Assembly (NCBI GenBank): GCA_965240325.2
Contig: OZ251224.1
Coordinates: forward strand, 186,001-250,000
DNA length: 64,000 nucleotides
Reading direction: 5' to 3'
DNA from: Rebecca billardiae RCC1528
Taxonomy: Eukaryota > Protista > Haptophyta
In this document: positions 1-12,300 of the stretch, in pieces
How the letters are laid out: the number at the start of each line of letters is the position of its first letter
How positions within the stretch are numbered: the stretch's first letter is position 1
Program-made: the position numbers and the translations under genes
The notes under the pieces: generated by a model
Database searches by the model: none
Seen by the model: only the letters and a program-made list of their open reading frames with translations
Told to the model about the DNA's origin: nothing

Positions 1-627
1 CATATGATATGCTGACTGCTATACTTACCGCAGAGTGTCCGCGCGGACAGCATCGCGCCATCGATCGATCATCGCATGTACTAGTGCGGGCGGCGTCACA
101 GTAGGACTCGCGCGGACGCGACTACTCAGTGTCAGTACTGATCGGTGCAGTCCGTCGTGGACGTGCCAGTCATCCGTGACGGTGGTTCCCGTCATCCCGC
201 AGTGGCCGTGACTCGCCACCGCCGACCGCGCCGGCTCGGTCCTAGTTATATATTGACTAGTCGCTCGGACGAGGAGTGATCCGCATCGGCGGCGGCACAT
301 CTGACTGCTGCTATACCGGGCTCGCTCCGGCTTCGGTCCACCCCCCCCCCCAGTCCGGTCACCATTGGAGCGTTACATCTTGACACTGCAATCGGCGGGA
401 TCGCCGCCTCTGATGATCTACGATAGCTCCTAGACCCATTCTATGATTTAACGACACAGGTAGGACGGCGCAGGTCTCCTGATTCGTCGTCGGCAGTGCC
501 CGATCGTCGACACGAAGTCGGCGCTGGTGGCAGAGCATAGCCTGAACCGCGATCGAATGGCTTGAGCGCGGCCTTGAGCTGCTGGAGACCACCCCAGGCG
601 GTCCCTTGGACGACATTACGGCCAGAT

Positions 628-840
628 GAATCAGATATGGATCATCAGCCACACCTGCTCCAATAGGTTCAGACTCTATTTTCTATAACTAAATACCCAT
701 TCCGGGCACAATTTTCGCATATGTATACAGGTGTCCGGAACGCTCCCGGATCGTGCTGAAATCTGAGTAAGGGGTGGGTAATTACATAGTAAAAATAGAG
801 TCTTCGAACCTATTGAGAGGTGGTCGGATGCGACTGATTA
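628..840. repeat. Imperfect inverted repeat (foldback/MITE-like)
   Basis: caataggttcagactctattttctataactaaatacccat (661-700) is approximately the reverse complement of gtgggtaattacatagtaaaaatagagtcttcgaacctattg (774-814); weaker similarity continues outward. Confidence 0.5.
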
Positions 841-1174
841 TTAGTCTCGCCAGTTGATGAAGTATCATCATCAATTGGGGGTCGGAAGGGACTCTGCTGC
901 ATGGTCCGTGCGGTTGACTTCGGCTCGGGGCCAAGACGTAACGGAGCTGGGGGGGGTGGACCGGAGCCGGAGCCACCGTATATACGTGTAACATCCGTCC
1001 GGACCGATATCCCGCCATCTCGCGGAATATTATATTCACGCGCGCATATATATATATGCTTAATTATATTATTATTTGCGCGCGCGTCAGCGTGCCCGCA
1101 TCATCAATAATGTCAATGCTGCTGACGAGCTGATGATATTCGATCTGCCCAGCCGGCCCGCCAGCCGCCAGTCA

Positions 1175-4100
1175 TCAGCCGCAGCCGATCGAGTGCAGGC
1201 CGTGCACGACCACGCCCACGCCCTGCGCGAGCAGCTCGTTGATCGCCTCGCCCGTCGAGCCGCCGCGCGCGATCGCGCGGTCGAAGAGGATGGGCACGAG
1301 CACGGTGACGGCGATGATGATCGGCTCCTCCACGCCGAGCGACTGCACCTCCGCCAGGCTCCAGCTGAGCAGCAGGTAGCGCGTCTGCCCCTCGCCAAAG
1401 CTGAGCGCGTACGAGAGCACGAGTGTGCACAGGGCGGCGTACACCGCCCACACGGCGAGCCACGCGGCGCAGAGGCGGAGGCGCGGGGGCAGCGCGAGCG
1501 CGCGCGCGGCGCGGCCGAGCGCGCCGCGCAGCCCGCGCCGCGCCCTCGCCTCGCGCTCCGCCTCCGCGCCCACCATCTCCTCGAACCAGCCGAGCAGCTC
1601 GGCGTAGGACACGGCGCCGCTGCCGTCTGTGTCGAGCTCGGAGAGCAGCCTGCGCACGCGCCGCGCGCGCAGGCGGAAGCCGAGCGCGTGCAGGAGCGCG
1701 CCAAACTCGGAGGTGTCGATGGCGCCGTTGCCGTCCGCGTCGAACGCGTCGAACTTGTGCCGCAGCATCTCGAGCGTCAGCGCGTCGAGGAGGTGCGTGC
1801 CGCCCGCACCCGGCGGCGGCGGCGCGGCCGGCGGCGGCGGCGCGGCCGGCGGCGGCGGCGCGGTCGGCGGCGTGGGCCGCGCGGGCGAGGGCGGCGTCAG
1901 CGGCTCCGCGCGCGCGCGCCAGCCCTCGGCGGCGGCCGCCGCCTCGGCCGCCGCCGCCTCGCCCTCGCCGCCATCCGTGCCGCCGCCTCCCGTGGGCACG
2001 ACCCTGCTGCCGCGGGCGGCGGCCGCGCGGGGCGAGGCGCGCGCCGGGCGGCGCGCGGGCGGCGACGCGGGCGGCCGTAGCGCGGCGCACTCGGCGCCGC
2101 CGAGCGGCGCGACGGCCGCGGCCGGGCTGCGCGCGCCGCCCGCGCGGCGCGGCGACCAGCGCGGCGGCGAGGGCGCGCCGGCCGAGGGCGGCGGCGACGC
2201 GACGGCGCCCGCGCCCGGCGCCGCGCCGCCCGCCGCTGCGCCGAGCGCGCCGGCTGGCGAGGCCACGGGCGAGGTGCGCGCGCGCGCCCACGCGCGCTCG
2301 CTGCCGCCGTCGGGCGGCGCGGCCGCGCGCGGCGAGCGCGGGCTGGCGGCGGCGCTGCCGCCGCCCGCCGCGCGCGCCGCGGCGGGCGGGTGCTGCTGAA
2401 CGCTCGCCGCCCCGGCGCCCGCGCCCTCGCCCGCGGCCGCCGCCCCGTCCGGCGGCGACGGCGGCATGCCGAGGCTGAATGGAGAGGCGCCGTCGGCGCG
2501 CGCGGACGGCTCTGGGCTCTCGGCGCGCGCGCGGGGCGGCAGCGTCGGCGGCAGCGTCGGCGGCGCGCGCGGCGAGCCGGCGGCCGAGCCCGCCGGCTGC
2601 AGCGGCCGCACCGCGTCCGCGCACTCGGCCGCGCCGCCGCGCGCCGCCCCGCCGGCCGGCGGCGCCCCGGCCGGCGGCGGCTCCGCCGCGCGCGCCTCGT
2701 CCGCCGTGTGTGCGTCGAGCTCGTCGTCGACGGGTCGGGCGCGCAGCTCGGCGTCGAGGACGTCGAGCAGCGCGCCGCGCGACGCGCGCCGCCCCGAGCC
2801 GACGCTGCGCCACGGGCCGGGCGCGGAGGCGCTTCTGAACGAGCCCGCTGCGCTGGCCTGGGCGCTGCCCGCGGCGGCGGCCGCGGCGCGCGCCGCGGCC
2901 GCGTCGCCGTCGCCGCCCAGGCTGGTGCGTCGCGCCACCTCCATGCGCAGCCACGAGCCGCCCTTGCGCCGGTCGGAGACCGTGCGGTGCAGTGCAAACG
3001 ACGAGCCGTTCGAGCCGCCCGCGCTGCCGCCGTCCAGCTCGGCGAGCGACACCGCGATGTTCACGCGCACGGCGGAGCGGAAGGGCGCGCGCTGCCGCCG
3101 CCGCTCGTCCAGCTCCGCCTTGAGGAAGGCGGCGAACACGCGCTGCGAGAGCGGCGCCGCGCGCCGCCCGTACCCCCAGCGGAAGATGGCGCGGAAGAGG
3201 CCGAGCGCGGGCGCGACGAGCGCGGCGGTGAGCACCGCGGTGAGCACCGCGTGCACCAGCACGACGCGCTCGCCGCCCAACTGCGCACCGCCCGCGCCGT
3301 CCGGCCGCGGCGCCTCTCTGGAGTCGTACAGCATGCACGACACGAGCAGCGACAGCAGCGCCATCGACCAGAAAGTCTGGCACAGCTCGGCGCGGCGCGC
3401 GTCCTCCGCGTCGGCGAGCAGCACGCCGAGCAGCGAGTGGTCCGTGCTCACCTTGTCCAGCACGCGCCGCAGCAGCGTGTCCGATGCGCGCGCCCTCCGC
3501 CGCTGCCGCGCGGGCGCGAGCGCGGCGAGCGCGCGCCGCGCCGCGCGGCCGCGCGCCGCCGCCTGCAGCGCGCGCGCCGCCGCCTCGGCGCGCGCGCCCG
3601 CGGCCGCGCCCGCGGCCGATCCCGCGCCCGCAGCGGACGGCGGCGGCGAAGGCGTCCTCGGCGGGCTCGCCCTCGGCGGCTTGGGCTTGGGCGCGCGCGC
3701 GCGCGGCTCGGCGGACGCGCCACGCTCCGCCGCCGCCGCCGCCGCCGCCGCCGTCGGCACGGGCGAGGCGCGCCCGCCGCCCGCCGCGCGTGCGCGCGCG
3801 GAGAAGGAGGCGGCGCGCTGCGCCTCGAGCTCGCGCGACGCGGCGCGCGCGAGCGCGCGCTCGGTCGACGCCATCGCTGCCGCCGCCTGCGCCTCGCGCC
3901 GCCTGCGCTCTGCGCGCTCCGCCTCGCGCCGCGCCGCGCGCTCGGCCGCGTGCCGCCCGCCGCCGAGCGCGGCCGAGAGCGACGACGCCGAGCGCGCGCG
4001 GCTGAGCCGGCCGGTCGAGCCGGTGGGCGAGTCGTCGCACCCCGCGCTGGAGAGCCCGCTGCTCTCGCTCAGCCCGCCCGCCCCCTTCCCGCACCCCTCG

Positions 4101-6323
4101 GCGCCGCGCTCCGCGCGCCGCGCCGCGCCGCCCGGCTCGAGCCTCGCCGAGAGCAGCGCCAGCCGCTGCCGCCGCCTGCGCGCGTCGCGCCAGTCCTGCG
4201 CGCCGAGCAGCGCGACCGTCACGAGGCACGCGGCGGCCATGCTGAGGACGAGGCCGTAGATCAGCGGGCTCGCCTCCACCTGCGCGCGCGAGCTCAGCGG
4301 CGCGCCCGCCTCCTCCGCGCCCAGCGTGTTCACGTTGAAGCTGCGCGCGTCCGCCGCCGCCTCGCCCGCGCTGCCCGGCACGGACACGCCCGCAAAGTCG
4401 GTCAGGTGGTTGCACGCGCAGTAGTGCAGCGACGGGTCGGGGCCCGGCACGGGCGCGCAGCCGTCGTCCGCCCACTGCCGCGCCGCCTCGTCCCAGAAGA
4501 CGCACGCCAGCGCCTCGCCCTCCGCCGCCGGCTGCGCCACCGGTATGTGCAGCACCACCGCCTCCTCCAGCCCGGCCACGCGCAGCGCGCCGCCCCCCGC
4601 CGCCGCGTACAAGCTGGCGGAGAAGACGGGCGTGGACAACCCGCGCGCCACGGACGCGGTGGCGGCGCCGCTCGAGTTGGCGCCGTGCACGTTGCGCGCG
4701 ATCGCCCAGAGCACGACGTCCACGCCGCCGCCGAGCTCCGCCGCCGAGAGCGCGTCGAACACGCCCGCGGGCACGCCGACGCCGCCCTGCCCGCCCGGGC
4801 CGCCGAGCGTCGAGTTGCGCAGCCGCGCCGCGCTCTCACGCCGCGCGCTCACGTTGAGCGCGGCGCCGAGCAGCTGCGCGGCGCCCTCGCCCGACACGGC
4901 GCCCGCGAGCAGCGCGCTCGCGAGCGAGGTGGCGGCGAACGCCGCCGCCGCGCCCACCGCCGCGTCCACGCCCGGCACGCCCGTCTCGCCCGCGCCGAGC
5001 GCCCCGTCCACCGCCGCCATCAGCATGGCCGCCGTGCCGCCGTCCACGCCGTCCGAGCGCGCGCCGTGCGCGAGCGCGCCCGCGTGCTCGAGCGCGGACT
5101 GCTGCGCACCGCCGCTGAGCGCGCCCAGGGGCACGGCGTCGGTGACCACCGCGGCGAGCGCGCCCGCCGAGTGCGCGCGCGCCTCCGCAGTCGACACGCC
5201 CGCCGCCTCCGCGCGCGCCGTCAGCTGCAGCAGCTGCTCCACCGCCCAGGACGCGGCCGCGGCGCTCGCGTTGGGCTGCGCGGCGCCGCCGCCGCCGCCG
5301 AGCGTCGCGGTGGGGAGGAGCCCGGCGAGCGCGCTCACGAGCTGCGTGGCCGCGGCGCCCTGCCCGGCGCCCACGGCCGCGCGCGCACGCGCCAGCAGCT
5401 CGGCCAGCTCCGCGTCGTCGATGGGCGGCGGCGCGCCCACGTCGACGGGCGCGGCCGCGCTCGCCTCCGCGCCCCACGCGTCCCGCACGCGCACGGCGCA
5501 GCTGCGGTTGCCCGCGGGCAGCAGCGCGTCCGCGAAGGGCGCGCTGCCCGCCGCGCCGAGCGAGGCGGCCGCGCTCGCCGCGCCGCCGCCGCCGCCCGCC
5601 ACCTCCGCAGCGTGCGCGAACGCGTAGCTGAGCGGCAGGTCCTCCGCGTCGTCCGCCCAGCCGGACGCCTGCAGTCGGAAGCGCGTCTGCAGCGCCACGC
5701 CCGACGGCGGCGAGACGCTCAGCGCGCCGCCCCACGGCGGGCGGTTGATCGTGACGAGCACCTGGCCGTACACGCTGGCACCCGGCGCGTACGCCGGGCC
5801 CGACGGCGTGACCGTCAGCCGGAACGCGTACGTCGCGCCCGGCGTGAGCACGCCCGGCCGCAGCGCGAGGTTGGGACTTGCCGCGCCCGTGCTGCTGACC
5901 GCACCCGTGTCGTGCAGCGCGAGGCCGGCGGGCCGCGCGGCGCCGTCGGCGTCGAGCAGCGAGGCGGACCACGCGTACGCGAACGAGGCGGCGCCCGCGT
6001 CGGCGAGCGCCTCGGATGCCGCGTCCAGCCGCGCCCGCAGCGCCAGCCGCGCCGAGGGCAGCGCCCAGCTCGGGTTGTACTTGGGCCTGCTCAGAGGCTC
6101 GAACAGCAGCCGCGGCAGAGGGCCGCCCACCACCTCGACGGAGGCGGTGGCGGTGGCGGGGGCGAAGGTGGGCTTGGAGACGGTGAGCGTGAGCGCGTAC
6201 GTGCCGATGCCGAGCACGCCCGCGGGCAGCGCGAGCACCGCCGCCGACGCGTTCGCGCCCAGCTCGACGGGCGCGCCGTCGTCCGCGCGCACCATCGCCC
6301 ACGCGTACGCCAGCCCGGTCGAC

Positions 6324-6354
<31 letters not shown>

Positions 6355-9300
6355 CCGGCTGGTTGGGGTCGAGCGAGGCGCTGCCGTCGACGAGCAGCGC
6401 GGCGCCGGCCGAGACGCGCCGGTCGCCGCCCGCGATCACCGCGCGCAGCGCCTCGCGCAGCACCACCACGCGCACGCTCGCCGCCGCCGCCTGCGAGGGC
6501 GCGGCGGCCATGCTGGCGCGCAGCTCAAAGGTGAACGTGTGCCGAGCGCTCAGTGAGTGCGGCGGCAGCAGCAGCGAGGCGAGGCGCTCGCCGCTGAGGT
6601 CGGGGAGCGCCGCGGCGGAGGCGTCGGCGCTCGGGTCTTCGCTGCGCGCCACGCCCGCCACGCGCCACTCGAAGCCCATCGCCGGCTCGAACGCCGCCGG
6701 CCAGCACGGCGCCAGCCCCGCGTCGCCGCGCAGCAGCAGCGCTTGAGACGCGCGCACGCGCACCTCCGAGGGGCCGGCGATCGCGAGGCTCGGGGCCGCG
6801 CCGCCCGCGCGCGAGATTGCGATCTCGACGGGCGCGGCGGCGACGCCGAGGAACGAGGTGACGCGCAGCACGAACACAAAGCCGCCGCTCACGCCCAGCT
6901 CGTCGGCGCCCAGCGTGAGCACCGCCGTGTCGGCCGGCAGCGCGCGCAGGTGCGCGTTGAGCGCCGCCGCGCGCGCCGAGCGGCTCGGGTCGACGCGCCA
7001 CTCAAAGGCGGCGGGGCCGATGCCGCCGGGCGACGAGGCGGAGGCGTCGAGCTGCAGCGACGCGCCCGGGCAGCTCGAGACGCTCGACGGCCCCGACACC
7101 GCCGCCTCGGGCGCCGGGCACGGCACGCCCTTGCCGCACGGCGCGTCCGCGTCAACCGCCGCGCCGCCGGCCGCGTACAGCTGCTCGCGCTCGGCGCAGC
7201 CGTCCGCGCACGCGCCGGGCAGCAGCGCGCGCGCGCGCAGCGCGAGCGCGCTGCCCGGCCGCACGGCGGTGCGCGCGTCGAGCTGCGCCACCAGCGCGCT
7301 GCCGTCCGCCCAGTAGCACAGCGGCGCCGCGCCGCCGCGCCCGCGCAGCAGGTCGACGCTGCTGTCGCTGAGCACGACGCTGCACGGCTGCGCGCCCGAC
7401 ATGCCCGCGCGGTCGGTCGGCTGACCGTCGAAGCGCAGCAGCAGCGACGTCGCCTCGGCGTTGAAGGTCACCGAGAGCAGCTGCGGCGGGTGCAGCCCGA
7501 CGAACTCGAAGAACACGCCGCCCTCCGCCTCCGCCTCGTCGGGCGTGAACTGCTGCCCGTTGAGCGCCACGCGCACGGCCGCGCGCCCCGCTGCGCCGTA
7601 CCGCGTGACCACGCCCACGTGCGAGCCGTTGCCGCGCGTCGGCGCGGAGGCGAGCGCGGCGCCAAAGGCCACGCGCAGCAGGGACAGCTCGCCGAGCGCG
7701 TCGAGCCCCTCGCCGAGCACCTCCACGCTCGTGCCGCCCTTCGCGTCGCCCGCCGCCGGGTGCACGCGCAGCAGCGTCGGCTCGTCGTAGTAGGCGTAGC
7801 GCGCGCCGCCGCCAGCCGTGGTCGAGTGCGCGCTGCCGTTGCCCAGCGAGATCTCGAGGGCGTACGACGCGGGCGCGGCGGAGGGCGCGGGCGGGAGCGT
7901 GCAGCGCGCGCGGCTCGAGCCGTCCGCCGCGGGCGCCAGCAGCGCCGCGGGCGCCGCGCAGCCGCCGCCGCCGCCGCCGAGCACGCAGCACAGCAGCCCG
8001 GGCCCGTGCTCGGCAAAGCCCGCGCCCACCACCGTCACCACCGTGCCGCCGCGCACGGGGCCGCCGGGCGGGTGGACGGACGCGACCGAGACGGCGCTCA
8101 GCTCGTACAGCTCGAAGGTGATCGGCTCGAACAGCGGCTGCACGCCCGCGTCCGAGCCGTCCAGCGCCAGGCTCAGCCGGTACGCGCCCGCAGCGGCGGC
8201 AGCGGGTGCGGCACACACAACACGCGCGTCGTCCAGCACTGCCGCGGCCGAGGGCAGCGCCGCCGCGCCCGTTGGCTCGGAGGCGGCGTCGACGGGCGTG
8301 AACGCGCAGCGCGCGCCGCTCAGCGAGGCGAAGCCGCCGCCGTGCAGCGTGATCGCGCCCGCTGCGCCGAGCGGCGCGCCCGCCGGCGTGCCCGAGAGGA
8401 CGAATGCCCGGACAGCTCGGGGCGGCGGGGGCGGCGCGCTCGGCGGCGGGCGCGCGGGGCGCGGCGGTGGCGGCCGCGGCGGCGACGCCGGTGGAGGGAG
8501 AGGCAGGCCGGTGGGGGGCGGCGGCGGTGCGGGCGGCATGCGCGGCGGCGGTGCGCTCGGCGGCGCGAGGCGCGGCGGCGGCCGTGGGGCGATGGCCGAC
8601 GGTGGCTGCGGCGGCGACGAGGGCGGAGGCGGCGCCTGCGGAGGCGCGGGCAGCTGCGGCGATGCAGGGCGCGGCGGCGGGGTCGGCGGCGGAGGGCGTG
8701 GCGGCTGGCTCGGTGGCGGCTGAGGCGGAGGTGCTGGTGGGCGCGACGGTGGCAGCGCTGGCGGTGGGCGTGGCAGTGGCGACGGTGGCGGCGAGCGGGG
8801 AGGCGGGCGCGGCGGTGCGCTCGGAGGCGGCACAGGCGTCGGGCTCCGTGGCGGCGGGCTGACTGGCGGGCCTGGCGGCGGGCTTGGCTGATGTGCTGGC
8901 AGCGGCGATGGTGGCGGTGGGATGGGCAGTGGATGCGGTGGCGGCGGCGACGACGGCGGAGACGAGGGCGAAGTGGGCGGTGGCGGGGCAGGGGATCTCG
9001 ACGGGGGTGGGCTGGGTGGCGGGCTCGGTGGCAGCGGCACAGGCGGTGATGAGGGCGGTGGCGAGGGCGGTGGGCTCGGTGTTGGGCGCAGCGGCGGCGT
9101 TGACGGCGGCGGCACCGGTGGAGGGCTCTGCGGCGAGCTCGGCGGTGGCGGCGCGGGCAGCGGTGGTGGTGGCGGCGACGGCGGTGGGCTCGGCGGTGGG
9201 CTCGGCGGTGGCGGCAACGGCGGTGGCGACGGTGGAGGCAAAGGTGGCGGCACCGGTGGCGGGCGTGGCGGTTGCGGTGCAGGCGGTGGTGATGGTGGCG

Positions 9301-12300
9301 GCAACGGTGGTGGGCTCGGTGGTGGGCTGGGCGGTGGCGGCAACGGCGGCTGTGATGGTGGCGGCAACGGTGGTGGGCTCGGTGGCGGGCTCGGCGGTGG
9401 CGGCAGCGGCGGCTGTGATGGTGGCGGTGACGGCGGTGGGCTCGGCGGTGGGCTCGGCGGTGGCGGCAACGGCGGTGGCGACGGTGGAGGCAAAGGTGGC
9501 GGCACCGGTGGCGGGCGTGGCGGTTGCGGTGCAGGCGGTGGTGATGGTGGCGGCAACGGTGGTGGGCTCGGTGGTGGGCTGGGCGGTGGCGGCAACGGCG
9601 GCTGTGATGGTGGCGGCAACGGTGGTGGGCTCGGTGGCGGGCTCGGCGGTGGCGGCAGCGGCGGCGGTGATGGTGGCGGTGACGGTGGTGGGCTCGGCGG
9701 TGGGCTCGGTGGTGGCGGCAACGGTGGTGGCGACGGTGGAGGCAAAGGTGGCGGCACCGGTGGCGGGCGTGGCGGTGGCGGTGCAGGCGGTGGTGATGGT
9801 GGCGGCAACGGTGGTGGGCTCGGTGGTGGGCTGGGCGGTGGCGGCAGCGGCGGCTGTGATGGTGGCGGCAACGGTGGTGGGCTCGGTGGCGGGCTCGGCG
9901 GTGGCGGCAGCGGCGGCTGCGATGGTGGCGGTGACGGTGGTGGGCTCGGTGGTGGGCTCGGTGGTGGCGGCAACGGTGGTGGCGACGGTGGAGGCAAAGG
10001 TGGCGGCACCGGTGGCGGGCGTGGCGGTTGCGGTGCAGGCGGTGGTGATGGTGGCGGCAACGGTGGTGGGCTCGGTGGCGGGCTCGGCGGTGGCGGCAGC
10101 GGCGGTGGCGACGGTGGAGGCAAAGGTGGCGGCACCGGTGGCGGGCGTGGCGGTGGCGGTGCAGGCGGTGGTGATGGTGGCGGCAACGGTGGTGGGCTCG
10201 GTGGTGGGCTGGGCGGTGGCGGCAGCGGCGGCTGCGATGGTGGCGGTGACGGTGGTGGGCTCGGTGGCGGGTTCGGCGGTGGGGGCAGCGGCGGCGGTGA
10301 TGGTGGCGGTGACGGTGGTGGGCTCGGTGGTGGGCTCGGCAGTGGCGGCAACGGCGGCGGCGACGGTGGAGGCAAAGGTGGCGGCACCGGTGGCGGGCGT
10401 GGCGGTTGCAGTGCAGGCGGTGGTGATGGTGGCGGCAACGGTGGTGGGCTCGGTGGTGGGCTGGGCGGTGGCGGCAGCGGCGGCTGCGATGGTGGCGGTG
10501 ACGGTGGTGGGCTCGGTGGCGGGCTCGGCGGTGGCGGCAACGGCGGCTGTGATGGTGGCGGTGACGGTGGTGGGCTCGGTGGCGGGCTCGGCGGTGGGGG
10601 CAGCGGCGGCGGTGATGGTGGCGGTGACGGTGGTGGGCTCGGTGGTGGGCTCGGCAGTGGCGGCAACGGTGGTGGCGACGGTGGAGGCAAAGGTGGCGGC
10701 ACCGGTGGCGGGCTTGGGGGTGGCAGTGCAGGCGGTGGCGACGGTGGCGGCAATGGCGGCGGGCTCGGCGGCGGGCTCGGCGGTGGCGGCAACGGTGGCG
10801 GCGACGGTGGCGGCGATGGTGGCTGGCTTGGTGGCGGGCTTGGCGGTGGCGGTGCAGGCGGTGGTGAAGGTGGCGGCAACGGTGGTGGGCTCGGTGGCGG
10901 GCTCGGCGGTGGCGGCAACGGCGGCGGTGATGGTGGCGGTGACGGCGGCGGCCTCGGTGGCGGGCTCGGCGGTGGCGGCAACGGTGGCGGCGACGGTGGC
11001 GGCGATGGTGGCTGGCTTGGTGGCGGGCTTGGCGGTGGCGGTGCAGGCGGTGGTGAAGGTGGCGGCACCGGTGGCGGGCTCGGCGGCGGGCTTGGGGGTG
11101 GCAGTGCAGGCGGTGGCGACGGTGGCGGCAATGGCGGCGGGCTCGGCGGCGGGCTCGGCGGTGGCGGCAACGGTGGTGGCGACGGTCGCGGCGATGGTGG
11201 CTGGCTTGGTGGCGGGCTTGGCGGTGGCGGTGCAGGCGGTGGTGTGGGTGGCGGCAACGGTGGTGGGCTCGGCGGCGGGCTCGGCGGTGGCGGCAGCGGC
11301 GGCTGCGATGGTGGCGGCAACGGTGGTGGGCTCGGTGGGGGGCTCGGCGGTGGCGCCAACGGCGGCGGTGATGGCGGCGGCAACGGTGGTGGGCTCGGTG
11401 GCGGGTTCGGCGGTGGGGGCAGCGGCGGCGGTGATGGTGGCGGTGACGGTGGTGGGCTCGGTGGCGGGTTCGGCGGTGGGGGCAGCGGCGGCGGTGATGG
11501 TGGCGGTGACGGTGGTGGGCTCGGTGGTGGGCTCGGCAGTGGCGGCAACGGTGGCGGCGACGGTGGAGGCAAAGGTGGCGGCACCGGTGGCGGGCGTGGC
11601 GGTTGCAGTGCAGGCGGTGGTGATGGTGGCGGCAACGGTGGTGGGCTCGGTGGTGGGCTGGGCGGTGGCGGCAGCGGCGGCTGCGATGGTGGCGGTGACG
11701 GTGGTGGGCTCGGTGGCGGGCTCGGCGGTGGCGGCAACGGCGGCTGTGATGGTGGCGGTGACGGTGGTGGGCTCGGTGGCGGGCTCGGCGGTGGGGGCAG
11801 CGGCGGCGGTGATGGTGGCGGTGACGGTGGTGGGCTCGGTGGTGGGCTCGGCAGTGGCGGCAACGGTGGTGGCGACGGTGGAGGCAAAGGTGGCGGCACC
11901 GGTGGCGGGCTTGGGGGTGGCAGTGCAGGCGGTGGCGACGGTGGCGGCAATGGCGGCGGGCTCGGCGGCGGGCTCGGCGGTGGCGGCAACGGTGGCGGCG
12001 ACGGTGGCGGCGATGGTGGCTGGCTTGGTGGCGGGCTTGGCGGTGGCGGTGCAGGCGGTGGTGAAGGTGGCGGCAACGGTGGTGGGCTCGGTGGCGGGCT
12101 CGGCGGTGGCGGCAACGGCGGCGGTGATGGTGGCGGTGACGGCGGCGGCCTCGGTGGCGGGCTCGGCGGTGGCGGCAACGGTGGCGGCGACGGTGGCGGC
12201 GATGGTGGCTGGCTTGGTGGCGGGCTTGGCGGTGGCGGTGCAGGCGGTGGTGAAGGTGGCGGCACCGGTGGCGGGCTCGGCGGCGGGCTTGGGGGTGGCA

